From contig OY762275.1 in assembly GCA_963665505.1 (NCBI GenBank), positions 1,700,154 to 1,764,153 on the forward strand: DNA of 64,000 bases. Reading direction: 5' to 3'. The position numbers and the translations under genes were made by a program. The notes under the pieces are model-generated. The model was not told the origin of the DNA. It saw only the letters and a program-made list of their open reading frames with translations, and did no database searches. The stretch comes from Christensenellaceae bacterium. GTDB taxonomy: Bacteria > Bacillota > Clostridia > Christensenellales > Christensenellaceae. The stretch's first letter is position 1, and every line of letters begins with the position of its first letter. Shown here piece after piece: positions 43,465 to 54,811 of the stretch.

Positions 43465-44566
43465 TCAGTACATTTTCAGATATTCGTTTATAAAAAGGTC
43501 GATGTCCCCGTCCATCACCGCAACGATATTGCCCATTTCGGCAGACGTCCGGTGGTCTTTTACCAATGTATACGGCTGGAAAACATACGAACGGATCTGG
43601 CTGCCCCATTCTATTTTCTTCATTTCTCCCTTCATGCTTTCCATTTCCTTTTTCCGCTCTTCTTCCCGCACATTCGCCAGCTTCGAGCGGAGCATCCGCA
43701 TGCAGGTTTCTCTGTTCTGGATCTGCGAGCGTTCGTTCTGGCACTGCACAACGATCCCCGTCGGGATATGGGTCATGCGTACGGCAGAGTCCGTCTTGTT
43801 GACATGCTGGCCGCCTTTGCCTGAAGACCGGTAGGTATCGACCCGCAGATCTTCCGGCCGAATCTCTATCTCCGAATCGTCCTCCATGATTTCCGGCATC
43901 ACATCGACCGACGCAAAAGAGGTATGGCGCCGGGCAGATGCGTCAAAAGGCGATATCCGCACCAGCCGGTGCACGCCTTTTTCCCCTTTCAGATACCCGT
44001 AGGCATTTTTCCCTTCGATCACCATCGTGACGCTTTTGACCCCGGCCTCTTCTCCCTCCAGCAGATCCAATACCTTTATGTCATAATGCCTGCGCTCCGC
44101 CCAGCGGGTATACATCCGGTAAAGCATGGAAACCCAATCCTGCGCTTCCGTACCGCCGGCCCCCGCATGCAGGGAAAGGATCGCGTTGTTCTTGTCATAT
44201 TTCCCGCCAAGAAGCGTATCCAAATAAAATTGATCCACTCCTTTTTGGAGCGCATGCGCCATCTTTTTGATTTCTTCTTCCAGGCTTTCGTCCGGTTCTT
44301 CTTCTTCCAAATCCAACCAAGTCCCGAGATCTTCTGCCTCTTCGGATAACTTTGAAAAACGCCTTATAGATTCTTCCAGAGAAACGACTTCTTTGTTTGT
44401 TTCATTGGCTTTCTTGATATCGTCCCAAAAATCGGGCGTTTCCATTTGTTTCTTATACGCTTCGAGTTGCTTCTTCATGGAAGCGACGTCAAAGAGACTC
44501 ACCTGCCTCTTTTAGCATAGTCTTCGCTTTTTCCAACAGCATCCTGTACTCATCCAGCTGGATCAT
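43465..44566 (-). CDS. prfB: Peptide chain release factor 2 with programmed +1 frameshift
   Basis: First frame MIQLDEY...EAGESL ends at CTT TGA C (44494-44488); the +1 frame continues DVASMKK and carries SPF and GGQ motifs. Confidence 0.95.
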
Positions 44567-44596
44567 GCCCTATCACCCCTTACCATTTATTTTTTA

Positions 44597-47272
44597 TCAT
44601 ACCTGGCCTTTGCCATGGCAATTCTTATATTTTTTCCCGCTGCCGCAGGGACACGGGTCGTTCCTGCCCACTTTTTTTATCCTGCACACCGTGGCGGACT
44701 GTGCGCCTCCCGCATAATTGTCCGAAAGAGGCTGCATGGTTTGCTGCCGTTCCACCTTGCTCTTGGGTGTCACCAGGAAAAGCAGCCGCAGCGTATCCTG
44801 TTCAATAGAGGAAATCATTTCATCGAACATATCGAAGCCTTCTTTTTGGTAAGCGACCACCGGGTCTGCCTGCCCGTACGAACGAAGGCCTATCCCTTGA
44901 CGCAACTGATCCATATTGTCGATATGATCCATCCATTTTGTATCCACCGTTCGCAGCAGAACAACGCGCTCCACTTCGCGCATATCCAAACCGGCTTGTG
45001 CTATTTCCCGCTCTTTTTCCGCGTATGCCTGCTTTGCCATTTCCAACGCTGCCGCCCTGGCTTCTTCTGCCGAAAGGGCCGGCATATCCGACTCTATAAA
45101 AGCCTGCATGCGCTCTTTGGGGACGATCGTTTGCAGCGCCCTGTATAGGCCCTCCACATCCAGCTGGCCCTGCGCTGCGTTTTCCGGGCAGAATGTGTCC
45201 AGGATGCCGCCTATGACCGTTTCCAGCATATGGGCGATATTGCCCGAAAGGTCTGCGCCCATCAAAACTTCCCTGCACTGGCCATAGATGACCTCGCGCT
45301 GTTTGTTCATGACATCGTCGAACTTCAGGACATGGCTGCGCGCGGCATAGTTGCGCGCCTCGATCCGTTTTTGTGCCTTTTCTATCTGCCGGGTAATCAT
45401 CTTGTATTCCAGAGGAATATCTTCACCGCCCGAAAAACGTTCCAATATCATACGGATGCGCTCTCCGCCGAACAGCCGCATAAGATCGTCTTCCAACGCG
45501 ACATAAAACCGGGAAGCCCCGGGGTCTCCCTGCCGGCCGCTCCTGCCGCGCAGCTGGTTGTCTATGCGCCGGCTCTCGTGGCGTTCCGTTCCCATGACAT
45601 ATAGCCCGCCCACAGAAACGACTTTCTCGTGTTCCGCATCGGTTTCTTCTTTGAATTTCTCATATAAATGTGTATAGATACGCCTTGCCTCCAGCACTTC
45701 CGCATCGGAAGTTTCCAGCAGCATGGCCGCCGTATAAATCATATCTTCCGTATAGCCCTGCCGGCGCATCTCGCTTTTTGCCATATAATCCGGATTTCCG
45801 CCCAGCAAGATATCCGTGCCCCTGCCGGCCATATTGGTCGCAATGGTGACCGCCCCGAATTTACCTGCCTGGGCAACGATCAAGGCTTCCTTTTCATGGT
45901 TTTTTGCGTTCAACACCTCGTGCCTGATCCCTTTCCTGCTCAGCATAGCGCTCAGGATCTCACTGTTTTCCACCGATACCGTACCGACCAACAGAGGCCG
46001 GCCCGTCGCATGGACCTGGCTGATTTCTTCCACCACGGCGGCGAATTTGCTCTTTACCGTGGGCAATACGATATCATTTTGATCCAAACGGATCATAGGT
46101 TTATGGGTGGGGATCTCCACCACGGCAAGGTCATAGATGCCTTCAAATTCTTCTTCTTCTGTTTTGGCCGTCCCTGTCATCCCCGCCAGCTTTTGGTACA
46201 TGCGGAAGAAATTCTGGAACGTGATCGTCGCCAATGTACGCGATTCCCTCTTTACCTTGACCTTCTCCTTTGCTTCGATCGCCTGGTGCAGACCGTTGGA
46301 ATACCGGCGTCCCAGCATGAGGCGGCCGGTGAATTCGTCGACGATCAGCACCGCGTCGTTCTGCACAACATAATCAATATCCCGGCGCATGATGTGATTT
46401 GCACGCAGCGCCTGGTTCACATGATGGCCGAGCGTCATATTGTCCATATCGCTCCAGTTGCCGACATGGAAATAGGCTTCCGCTTTACGTACGCCTTCTT
46501 CGGTCAGGTTGATCGTTTTTTGCTTTTCGTCTGTGACAAAATGCGTTTCCGGATGCAATGTCCGCACAAACTGGTCGGCCAATTCATATAATTCTGTGCT
46601 TTTGTCCCCCGCGCCCGATATGATAAGCGGCGTGCGGGCCTCGTCAATCAGGATAGAGTCGACCTCGTCGATGATCGCGTAATGAAGCGCCCGCTGGACC
46701 AAATCGCCCTTCCGGACCTTCATATTGTCGCGCAGATAATCAAACCCGAACTCATTGTTTGTTCCATAGGTGATATCGGCCTGGTACGCCTTTTGTTTTT
46801 CCTCATTGGTCTGGCCGCGCACGATGAGCCCGACGCTGTACCCCAGGAAATTATACAACTTACCCATCCATTCACTGTCGCGGCGGGCAAGATAATCGTT
46901 CACGGTCACGATATGCACACCCTGTCCGGCGAGTGCGTTCAGGCACACCGGCATCGTAGCGGCCAGCGTTTTTCCTTCCCCTGTCTTCATCTCGGCGATG
47001 TCGCCGCCGTGCAGTATAATCGCACCCAGGATCTGCACATAATAAGGCTCCATGCCCAGCACACGCCGGGCGCCTTCCCGCACCTGCGCAAATACTTCGG
47101 GCAGCAGCATATCCAGGCTTTCTCCGGCAGCACAGCGCGCCCGGTATTCTTCTGTTTTTTGGGCAAGCGCCGCGTCGCCCAGCGATACGAACCGTTCCTT
47201 CAGCGCGACAACCTTATCCGCCTGCTTCCTGGCTTTTCTTAAAAATTTATCTTCACGGTTAAAAATACCCAT
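44597..47272 (-). CDS. secA: Preprotein translocase ATPase SecA
   Basis: MKTGEGKT, DEVDSILIDEARTP, C-terminal CPCGSGKKYKNCH. Confidence 0.97.
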   Translation of the reverse strand: MGIFNREDKFLRKARKQADKVVALKERFVSLGDAALAQKTEEYRARCAAGESLDMLLPEVFAQVREGARRVLGMEPYYVQILGAIILHGGDIAEMKTGEGKTLAATMPVCLNALAGQGVHIVTVNDYLARRDSEWMGKLYNFLGYSVGLIVRGQTNEEKQKAYQADITYGTNNEFGFDYLRDNMKVRKGDLVQRALHYAIIDEVDSILIDEARTPLIISGAGDKSTELYELADQFVRTLHPETHFVTDEKQKTINLTEEGVRKAEAYFHVGNWSDMDNMTLGHHVNQALRANHIMRRDIDYVVQNDAVLIVDEFTGRLMLGRRYSNGLHQAIEAKEKVKVKRESRTLATITFQNFFRMYQKLAGMTGTAKTEEEEFEGIYDLAVVEIPTHKPMIRLDQNDIVLPTVKSKFAAVVEEISQVHATGRPLLVGTVSVENSEILSAMLSRKGIRHEVLNAKNHEKEALIVAQAGKFGAVTIATNMAGRGTDILLGGNPDYMAKSEMRRQGYTEDMIYTAAMLLETSDAEVLEARRIYTHLYEKFKEETDAEHEKVVSVGGLYVMGTERHESRRIDNQLRGRSGRQGDPGASRFYVALEDDLMRLFGGERIRMILERFSGGEDIPLEYKMITRQIEKAQKRIEARNYAARSHVLKFDDVMNKQREVIYGQCREVLMGADLSGNIAHMLETVIGGILDTFCPENAAQGQLDVEGLYRALQTIVPKERMQAFIESDMPALSAEEARAAALEMAKQAYAEKEREIAQAGLDMREVERVVLLRTVDTKWMDHIDNMDQLRQGIGLRSYGQADPVVAYQKEGFDMFDEMISSIEQDTLRLLFLVTPKSKVERQQTMQPLSDNYAGGAQSATVCRIKKVGRNDPCPCGSGKKYKNCHGKGQV

Positions 47273-47382
47273 ATCTCCCTCATGCTTAAAAAAATATACC
47301 GCAGTTTATTTTATCATTTTTTTACCCTACAATCAATTAAACAAATCGCAAACAAACAGCAACACACATTCATTTCAAAAAA

Positions 47383-47402
47383 AGGCCCGCAAAAGCGGGC
47401 CT
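47383..47402 (-). terminator. Intrinsic terminator after hpf
   Basis: AGGCCCGC/GCGGGCCT stem followed by a T run on the minus strand. Confidence 0.7.
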
Positions 47403-47415
47403 CGCATCAGCTATT

Positions 47416-47955
47416 TCATTCATATTCCGGTTCCAGCAGACCGTAATCGCCGTCCCTCCTCTTGTAAAGGACATTGACTTCTTCCGTATCCGCCAATACG
47501 AATACGAAAAACGAATGGCCTAAAAGCTCCATCTGATATTCGGCTTCTTCCACGCTCATGGGCTTGACGGAGAAACTCTTTCTGCGTACAAGTTTCCCTT
47601 CGGGCAGATCATCCGCCTCTTCATCCGCATAAACAGTATCTTTGTAATCGTACGCTTTTTCATGGAGACGTTGAGACAAACGGTCCCTATGCCGATGCAT
47701 TTTCCTTTCCAGCTTTTTCAGGGCAGCGTCTATGGAATTATACATGTCTCCGCTCGATTCCTCCGTACGAAGCAACGTACCGTCGAAAAAAGGCACTGTG
47801 ACTTCGGCAATATGCCTGCTTTTTTCGATAGACAGCGTGATGATCACCGACGTGTCTTCTTTAAAATACCTGTCAAATTTCCGTGCCTTTTTTTCTATGA
47901 TGTTGCGCAAATATTCGGAGATCTCCATTCCCTTCCCGTTGATACTGAGCTGCAT
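47416..47955 (-). CDS. hpf: Ribosome hibernation promoting factor (long HPF/RaiA)
   Basis: DMYNSID, KLERK, KPMSVEEA, YKRRDGDYGL; AAGGAGG RBS fixes the start at MQLSING. Confidence 0.93.
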   Translation of the reverse strand: MQLSINGKGMEISEYLRNIIEKKARKFDRYFKEDTSVIITLSIEKSRHIAEVTVPFFDGTLLRTEESSGDMYNSIDAALKKLERKMHRHRDRLSQRLHEKAYDYKDTVYADEEADDLPEGKLVRRKSFSVKPMSVEEAEYQMELLGHSFFVFVLADTEEVNVLYKRRDGDYGLLEPEYE

Positions 47956-48096
47956 AGATACATCCTCCTTTTTCCCGCGCATGCCGCTCAACCACAGTTG
48001 CATGCACGTGCCTCTTCTATGCATAAGTATTTCCACAGGGACTTCATTATATCCTTTTTTCCGGGAGCTTTCCTCCGATAAAAAGCAACAAAAAAA

Positions 48097-48310
48097 GGCC
48101 CCCTTCGGCTGACCTGATTTTTTCCCCCACACTCGCCGCCTGGAAGGTTCGCTCTAAGGCATTCTACCTCCCCACTACTGCTTCTCTCGGGTTTGCCCGG
48201 GCGGACTGACATCTAAACCGCACCATGCTCGCCGGCCATATGCCGGTTTACGTGGATCGTTTTGCCTGCGACTGGCATCGACTTTCAATCACAGACCCGA
48301 AGGATGGGCC
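48097..48310 (-). ncRNA. raiA RNA: raiA motif RNA
   Basis: Contains GTGATTGAAAGTCGATGCCAGTCGCAGGCAAAACGATCCACGTAA, GAGCATGGTGCGG, GCGAACCTTCCA and GGCGAGTGTGGGG; closing stem GGCCC...GGGGCC followed by poly-U; canonical comF-hpf location. Confidence 0.9.
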
Positions 48311-48317
48311 CGTCTCC

Positions 48318-48347
48318 AGTATACCCTTTCGGGGGGCAAACATGCAA
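48318..48347 (-). promoter_or_regulatory. SigA-type promoter of the raiA RNA
   Basis: TTGCAT-18 nt-TATACT ending 7 nt before the RNA 5' stem. Confidence 0.6.
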
Positions 48348-48353
48348 TAGGTA

Positions 48354-49031
48354 TTATACTTTCTCCTGCGGAAGCGCGGCCGCGAAAGCAGCGCACCGCA
48401 CGCGGGCGCCTGCCGCCCGCAGCACTGTCACACATTCCCCCATCGTAGCGCCCGCGGTGATAACGTCATCGATAAACAGTACGGTTTTGCCGCGCACCTC
48501 GGCGCCGGGCAGCATGGAAAAAGCGCCCCGCACATTCCGTATCCGCGCTTCCCGGGGCAGGCTGGACTGTGGCGGCGTATTCCGGGTCCTCTGCAGCAAC
48601 GGCGCACAAGGCTTAGAAAAACAGGCGGCGATGGGTTGCGCCAGGATACGTACCTGGTTGAACCCCCGCCACCGTTCTCTTCTTTTATAGAGAGGCACAA
48701 AGCTCACGATATCAAAATCACATGCCGCGATATGTCTGTAAATCTTCTCGGCCATATAGGAGGAAAGCCACCGTTCTCCCTGGAATTTGTAGCGGTGTAT
48801 CAGTTGTCTGACCATATCGTCGTACTGCAGGACGCATTTGCAGGAAAAACCGGTAAAGCGGACGGCTTCCTGCAAAAAAAGCGTATGCTCCCGCCTGCGG
48901 CATTCCGGACAGATATCGCCCGCCGGCAGTTCTTTGCCGCAGTATACGCAAACGGGAATATCCGGAAAAAGCAGCCGTATCCCCGGTTCACTCTTCTTTT
49001 TTAAAAATGTACAGAAGCGGAGCCTCCGCAT
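48354..49031 (-). CDS. comF: ComF family protein (PRT-like)
   Basis: N-terminal CxxC..CxxC, RGFNQ, FIDDVITAGAT; start uncertain. Confidence 0.85.
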   Translation of the reverse strand: MRRLRFCTFLKKKSEPGIRLLFPDIPVCVYCGKELPAGDICPECRRREHTLFLQEAVRFTGFSCKCVLQYDDMVRQLIHRYKFQGERWLSSYMAEKIYRHIAACDFDIVSFVPLYKRRERWRGFNQVRILAQPIAACFSKPCAPLLQRTRNTPPQSSLPREARIRNVRGAFSMLPGAEVRGKTVLFIDDVITAGATMGECVTVLRAAGARVRCAAFAAALPQEKV

Positions 49032-51270
49032 CTTCTTCCCCCACTTTTTCGCCTGCCAATTTTTTTAAAAAAGCCTCCTGTTTTTTCAACTCGTGATCCA
49101 GTGCGGTATACCGCAAAGAAATTTTTGCGTTTCGGATCATATTGCGAACGGTCGCTTCTCTGCCAATGATGATCATTTTCTTTTTGGCCCGGGTAATGGC
49201 CGTGTATAGAAGATTGCGCGTAAGGAAATCGCTGTACCCGTAAAACAGGGGCAATATCACCGTATCGAACTCGCTGCCCTGGCTTTTATGTACCGTGACC
49301 GCGTAAGCATGCTCTATCTGCGTCAGTTCTTCCGTCTGATACTCTGCCAGCCGGTCTCCGTCAAACAGGATGATGAGGCTCTTTTCGGAAGAGTGGATCT
49401 CCTCTATCACGCCCATATCTCCGTTGAACGCGCCTGTACCGCCGGTCAGGATAGGGGAAGTCCCTTTTATGTGCCATTCTTTGGAATAGTTGTTGACCGT
49501 CTGCATAACTTTATCGCCCACCCGAAAGACGGTGTCTCCGAATATGAGTTCGGCTTTGCCCGCCAGACGCGGGTTCAGGCGTTCACGGATCTCTTTATTG
49601 AGATTGTAAACGCCGATCAGCCCTTTTTTGATGGGGCAGATGACCTGCACTTCTTCCACCGATTCTCCCCGCCGTATAAAACGGGTAACGGAGTCTACCG
49701 TCGTATCCAGCGCCGTCTGCGGCGAATCTTCGGGCTGAAATACAAAGTCACCGGTCGTAAACAGTTCGATCTCTTCGCCCTGGTTGACCTTATGCGCATT
49801 CATCACGATATTGCCGCCTGCGCGGAAAACTTTGCGCAACACCGTATAGGGAATCACTTCGCTTGCCAGTATATCCTTCAGCACATTGCCCGGCCCGACC
49901 GAAGGAAGCTGGTCGGCGTCTCCCGTCAGGATCAGCCGCGTCCCCGATTCCAGGGCGGCAAGCAGGCCGTCCATCAGGAAAATATCCACCATGGAAGATT
50001 CGTCCACAATCACTGCATCCGCTTCGACCGGGTTGTCCGCATCCCTTCTGAAGCGGGCCTGTTCCAAAATATCTTCCCCCGGTTCGCTGCCATATTCCAG
50101 GAGACGGTGTATGGTTTTCGCGGGGCGTCCGGTCGCCAATTCCATGCGTTTGGCCGCCCGCCCCGTAGGCGCGGTCAGCACCGTGACGACGCCGCAGCGT
50201 TCAAAAATCTTCAATACCTGGTTGAGTATCGTGGTCTTGCCCGTGCCCGGGCCGCCCGTAATAACAAACACAGGCAAGCGCACCGCCATCCGCACGGCCT
50301 CCAACTGTTCGGGGGAAAGCATATCCTCCGCCGCGAGGATCTCCTCTGTCAATCCCTCCGCGACTTTTATCTTGGGTGTGGCGTGTAAGAGTTGCAGCAG
50401 CCTTTGCGCAATGGACGATTCCGCCAGATAAGCGAACGTATCCGCCACCGCGTGCACCGAATTGTATACATTTTCCGCGACCGTACCTTTTTTGATCAGA
50501 TTGATCAGAGCGTCCATCACGCTTTCCCGCTCTTCCTGCAAAAAACCGGCGGCCTGTTCGACCAGATACGTTTCAGGCAGGCAGGTATGGCCCGCTTCCA
50601 TTTTACGGCGGAGGATATAGCGCACCACACTTTCCCGCCGCATCTCCTGATAATTCTCTATGCCCAGGCCGGCGGCGATCGTGTCTGCTTTCAAAAAGCC
50701 GATGCCCCGCACATCGTCCATCAACCGATAGGGATTCTTTTCTATCAAAAAAGGCGCACCGCTGCCATACGCCTCGTACGCGGCCATGGCTTCTTTTACG
50801 CCGAGCCCCATTTTCTGTAACTGCATGATAACGCCCCGGACGTTTTGTATCCCTACAAACTGTTCATGGATCTTCTGGGCCAGTTTAGGGCTGATGCCCC
50901 GGACATCCTCCAGTTTCTCCGGTTCATTTTCTATGACGGCGAAGGTACCCTCGTGAAATTCCTCAACAACACGGTACGCAATGATCTCTCCCACGCCTTT
51001 GATGAGTCCCCCCGATAAAAACAGACGGATACTTTCATCGCTTTCCGGCATTTTGGATTCCATGCTTATCACTTTGAACTGCCGGCCATAATTTTTATGC
51101 TGCGTATACCCGCCGTAAAAACGGACATACTCTCCCGGTTGTATCAAAGGAATATTCCCCACACAGATGACCGGGTTCCCTTCGGAATCCAGCTCCAAAA
51201 CGGTATAGGAATTCTCCTCGTTCCGATATACGATATCCATGACCGTACCTTCGATATACGACAATCTCAA
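48988..51270 (-). CDS. recD2: ATP-dependent RecD-like DNA helicase
   Basis: [44 protein letters not shown]. Confidence 0.93.
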   Translation of the reverse strand: MRLSYIEGTVMDIVYRNEENSYTVLELDSEGNPVICVGNIPLIQPGEYVRFYGGYTQHKNYGRQFKVISMESKMPESDESIRLFLSGGLIKGVGEIIAYRVVEEFHEGTFAVIENEPEKLEDVRGISPKLAQKIHEQFVGIQNVRGVIMQLQKMGLGVKEAMAAYEAYGSGAPFLIEKNPYRLMDDVRGIGFLKADTIAAGLGIENYQEMRRESVVRYILRRKMEAGHTCLPETYLVEQAAGFLQEERESVMDALINLIKKGTVAENVYNSVHAVADTFAYLAESSIAQRLLQLLHATPKIKVAEGLTEEILAAEDMLSPEQLEAVRMAVRLPVFVITGGPGTGKTTILNQVLKIFERCGVVTVLTAPTGRAAKRMELATGRPAKTIHRLLEYGSEPGEDILEQARFRRDADNPVEADAVIVDESSMVDIFLMDGLLAALESGTRLILTGDADQLPSVGPGNVLKDILASEVIPYTVLRKVFRAGGNIVMNAHKVNQGEEIELFTTGDFVFQPEDSPQTALDTTVDSVTRFIRRGESVEEVQVICPIKKGLIGVYNLNKEIRERLNPRLAGKAELIFGDTVFRVGDKVMQTVNNYSKEWHIKGTSPILTGGTGAFNGDMGVIEEIHSSEKSLIILFDGDRLAEYQTEELTQIEHAYAVTVHKSQGSEFDTVILPLFYGYSDFLTRNLLYTAITRAKKKMIIIGREATVRNMIRNAKISLRYTALDHELKKQEAFLKKLAGEKVGEEDAEAPLLYIFKKEE

Positions 51271-52430
51271 AGCTCCTCTTTTATTTTATCGGCCATGTCT
51301 GTTTTTTCCCAGGGCAGGCAAAGATCGGACCTTCCGAAATGCCCGTATGCGGCCGTAGGCAAGTACTTGACTTTTTTGAGGCCCAGCTTCTCTATAATGG
51401 CGCCCGGGCGCAAGTCAAAGTATTTCCTCACAATGTGCGTAAGTTCTTTTTCAGAAAACGGGCTGGTGCCAAAAGATTCTACGAAGACCGATACCGGCTG
51501 CGCAACGCCGATGGCATATGCCAACTCTATCTCGCAACGCTCGGCAAGGCCCGCCGCCACGATATTTTTGGCCACATACCGTGCCGCATAAGAGCCGCTC
51601 CTGTCCACCTTTGTCGGGTCTTTGCCCGAAAAAGCGCCGCCGCCGTGGCGGGAATACCCGCCGTATGTGTCTACGATGATTTTGCGGCCTGTCATCCCCG
51701 AGTCGCTTTTGGGGCCGCCGACCACGAACCGGCCCGTGGGGTTTATCAGTATGTTGGTTGTTTCATCCAGCATCGTTTTATCCAGCACTGCCTTGATGAC
51801 TTCTTCCCGGATGCCTTCGTGGATCGTTGCGTTGGACGCGCCGGCTCTGTGCTGTGCGGAAACGACGACCGTACTGATATGGGAAGGATGTCCGTTATCA
51901 TACTCCATCGTCACCTGGGCTTTCCCATCGGGCAGCAGAAAATCCAATATCCCCTTCTTGCGCACATAGGCAAGCCGTTTTACCAACGCATGTGCGGCTT
52001 CGATCGGGTAAGGCATAAACACGGGCGTCTCTTTGCAGGCATAGCCGAACATCATTCCCTGGTCTCCCGCACCGATATCAAAAACACCTTTGCCGCGTGT
52101 CTCCAGCGCCTCATTCACACCCATGGCGATATCCGGGGACTGTTCCTCTATGCTCGTAATCACGCCGCAGTTGTCGGCATCAAACCCCGCTTCTCCGCCG
52201 GTGTAACCAATATCCCGTATCACATTTCTGGCAATTTTGTCGATATCCACATAACTTTTTGTCGTGATCTCGCCCATCACCAGCACAAGGCCCGTTTTCA
52301 CCGCGGTGTCGCATGCAACGCGCGCCTGCGGGTCTTTTGCCAAAATCGCATCCAACACCGCATCGGATATTTGGTCGCAAAGCTTGTCCGGATGTCCTTC
52401 AGTTACCGATTCCGAAGTAAAAATTCTCAT
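51267..52430 (-). CDS. metK: S-adenosylmethionine synthetase
   Basis: [39 protein letters not shown]. Confidence 0.97.
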   Translation of the reverse strand: MRIFTSESVTEGHPDKLCDQISDAVLDAILAKDPQARVACDTAVKTGLVLVMGEITTKSYVDIDKIARNVIRDIGYTGGEAGFDADNCGVITSIEEQSPDIAMGVNEALETRGKGVFDIGAGDQGMMFGYACKETPVFMPYPIEAAHALVKRLAYVRKKGILDFLLPDGKAQVTMEYDNGHPSHISTVVVSAQHRAGASNATIHEGIREEVIKAVLDKTMLDETTNILINPTGRFVVGGPKSDSGMTGRKIIVDTYGGYSRHGGGAFSGKDPTKVDRSGSYAARYVAKNIVAAGLAERCEIELAYAIGVAQPVSVFVESFGTSPFSEKELTHIVRKYFDLRPGAIIEKLGLKKVKYLPTAAYGHFGRSDLCLPWEKTDMADKIKEEL

Positions 52431-52490
52431 ATCTGCCTCTTTATCAATGCCCTATACAGCGCGGCATATTTTTTGTTTCGTTCACGATAT

Positions 52491-52542
52491 AGTATAATCG
52501 ATACATGCCTGTCTTGCAATGTATACGGCACAATATTATACT
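52491..52542. promoter_or_regulatory. Divergent promoters sharing one palindromic -35
   Basis: AGTATA-17-TTGCAA-17-TATACT, i.e. TTGCAA-17-TATACT on both strands. Confidence 0.65.
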
Positions 52543-52560
52543 TGCGTTAAGGAGATCCTT

Positions 52561-53325
52561 ATGAAAAAGATACTGGGTGCGATGCGCAAGGCATGTGAAG
52601 AATTCGATATGATCCAGGCGGGCGACAGGATCGCGGTCGGGGTATCCGGCGGAAAAGATTCCATGCTCCTGCTGTATGCCATGGGTTTGTACAAAAAGTA
52701 TATCCGCAAGGCATATACCTTTATAGGCCTTACGGTGGATCTGGGTTTTTCTGCATTCAATGCCGCCGGCATCGCCGCTTTTGCCGATTCCATAGGGGTG
52801 GAACTGCATATTGAAAAGACCAACATCGCACAGATCGTTTTCGAGACCAGAAAAGAGAAAAACCCCTGTGCGCTTTGTTCTAAAATGCGCAAGGGCGCTT
52901 TTTACGCTGCGGCAAAACAGTTGGGCTGCAACAAGGCGGCTTTTGCACACAACCTGGAGGATGTGCTGGAAACGCTGCTGATGGGGCTGCTGTTCGAGGG
53001 TCGTTTGAATACCTTTGCGCCCGTCACATATCTTTCCCGGACAGATATCACGCTCATCCGCCCCTTCATCTATTTGGAAGAAAAGGAGATCCTGGGTGCC
53101 CTCCGGCGCGGGGATATCCCCGTATATAAAAATCCATGCCCGGCGGACGGGTTCACCAAGCGCGCGGAAGTGCACACCTTGCTCAACACATTTTTGTGCA
53201 TCAACCCAAATGCAAAAAAAAGCATGCTCGCAGCAATCAGGAGTGCGGGCAACTATCCCCTGTTCCATCTGCCGCCGGACATGGGAAAGCCCGTTTGCCG
53301 CGACCCGCAGTCGTCGCCGGAGTAA
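52561..53325 (+). CDS. ttcA: TtcA-family tRNA 2-thiolation protein (PP-loop ATPase)
   Basis: SGGKDS PP-loop, PCALCSKMRKG CxxC, LIRP, NPCPADG. Confidence 0.85.
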   Translation: MKKILGAMRKACEEFDMIQAGDRIAVGVSGGKDSMLLLYAMGLYKKYIRKAYTFIGLTVDLGFSAFNAAGIAAFADSIGVELHIEKTNIAQIVFETRKEKNPCALCSKMRKGAFYAAAKQLGCNKAAFAHNLEDVLETLLMGLLFEGRLNTFAPVTYLSRTDITLIRPFIYLEEKEILGALRRGDIPVYKNPCPADGFTKRAEVHTLLNTFLCINPNAKKSMLAAIRSAGNYPLFHLPPDMGKPVCRDPQSSPE

Positions 53326-53409
53326 CACCCCGCGTATCTCTCCCGAACGTTCTTTTTATGCTAGACTGTTCTTAAATATACAAAATTTCAAGTGTAGGAG
53401 GATGCACAG

Positions 53410-54771
53410 ATGTTTGACTTTATAGAACAGGTCAAAAAGTCGGTGGAGCCGCACCATGCCATGATGCGCAAGGCCGAACGGGATATTTGGGCCAGCCCCG
53501 AAACCGGCTTCCGGGAATGGAAAACGAATGCCTATATGAAAGAACGTTTTGAAGAACTCGGATATACGCTTACGATGGCGGGCAATATTCCCGGTTTTTA
53601 CACAGACTTTGATACCGGCCGGCCGGGCCCTACGGTCGCCGTCATGGGTGAACTGGACAGCGTGCTCTGCGCCGACCACCCCGAGAGCGATCCTGAAACG
53701 GGGGCGGTGCATGCCTGTGGGCATAATGCGCAATGCGCAGCACTTTTGGGCATCGCAGGTGCGCTAAAAGATCCTGCGCTTTCAGAAAACCTGAGCGGAA
53801 AGATCCGCCTAGTCGCCGTACCGGCGGAAGAACTCCTGGAACTCGGGTTCCGAAGCGAGCTGAAAAAGAAGGGCATCATCCATTATTTTGGCGGTAAGGT
53901 CGAATTCCTTTACCGCGGTTACTTTGATGATGTTGACGCAGCTCTCATGGTGCATACCTCCAATTCCACGAACAGTCTGCTCGGTATCCCGCTGGGCTCC
54001 AACGGATGTATTTCCAAAACCATAACCTTTACCGGCAAAGCCGCGCACGCAGGCGGCGCGCCGCACGAAGGAATCAACGCTCTGTACGCCGCCACGCTGG
54101 GGATCCATGCAATTAACGCCCTGCGGGAAACTTTCCAGGACAAAGATCATATCCGCGTGCACCCCATCCTGACAGTCGGCGGTTCCGCCGTCAACGTCAT
54201 CCCGGGGACGGCCTGTCTCGAAAGCTACGTCCGCGGTGCCAGCCTGGAAAGCATCCTGGCCGCCAACGAAAAAGTTAACCGCGCACTTGCGGCATCCGCC
54301 GCAGCTATGGGCGCGACCGTAAAACTATCCGACCTTATGGGATATTTTCCGCTGCATCCGGATACAAATATGAGTGAGCTTGCCCGCCAGATCGCCTGTA
54401 CATTGGTCGATGAAAAAGACGTAAAGGTTTATACGGAATGGGGAACGGGCTCTACCGACATGGGCGATATCGCAAGCGTCATGCCCGCATTGCATCCGTA
54501 CTGCGCAGGCGCCGTAGGCACAAGCCATGGTTCCGATTTCTATATCAAAGACCCGGAAGGCGCCGTCATACGCTCGGCGGTCTTTCAGGTGGCCATTCTG
54601 TATGCCATGCTGGAAAATGGGGCAAAAAGAACAGAGGACATCTGCAAAAACGCCCGGCCCCATTATAAAAGCATAAAAGAATATTTTGAAATGACAGACA
54701 TCGTGGAAATGGAAAAAGAAGCCGTCGCCTATGACGGCAAGGGCCAGGCCACGCTTTCCTGGAAGAAATAA
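53410..54771 (+). CDS. M20 family amidohydrolase (AbgB-like)
   Basis: PETGFREWKT, GELD, HACGHN, PAEE, GSTDMGD. Confidence 0.85.
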   Translation: MFDFIEQVKKSVEPHHAMMRKAERDIWASPETGFREWKTNAYMKERFEELGYTLTMAGNIPGFYTDFDTGRPGPTVAVMGELDSVLCADHPESDPETGAVHACGHNAQCAALLGIAGALKDPALSENLSGKIRLVAVPAEELLELGFRSELKKKGIIHYFGGKVEFLYRGYFDDVDAALMVHTSNSTNSLLGIPLGSNGCISKTITFTGKAAHAGGAPHEGINALYAATLGIHAINALRETFQDKDHIRVHPILTVGGSAVNVIPGTACLESYVRGASLESILAANEKVNRALAASAAAMGATVKLSDLMGYFPLHPDTNMSELARQIACTLVDEKDVKVYTEWGTGSTDMGDIASVMPALHPYCAGAVGTSHGSDFYIKDPEGAVIRSAVFQVAILYAMLENGAKRTEDICKNARPHYKSIKEYFEMTDIVEMEKEAVAYDGKGQATLSWKK

Positions 54772-54811
54772 AGTATCCTATGAAAAAACAGCGGCAATCC
54801 TGCCGCTGTTT

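Noticed and set aside
52431-52490. SAM riboswitch before metK
   Set aside because: The leader is too short for SAM-I and lacks SAM-II/III consensus; only a small ATGCC/GGCAT hairpin is present
44615-52550. Long antisense ORFs (for example 45668-46591, 49288-50388, 51339-52550)
   Set aside because: Shadow ORFs opposite well-supported secA, recD2 and metK; typical of GC-biased codon usage
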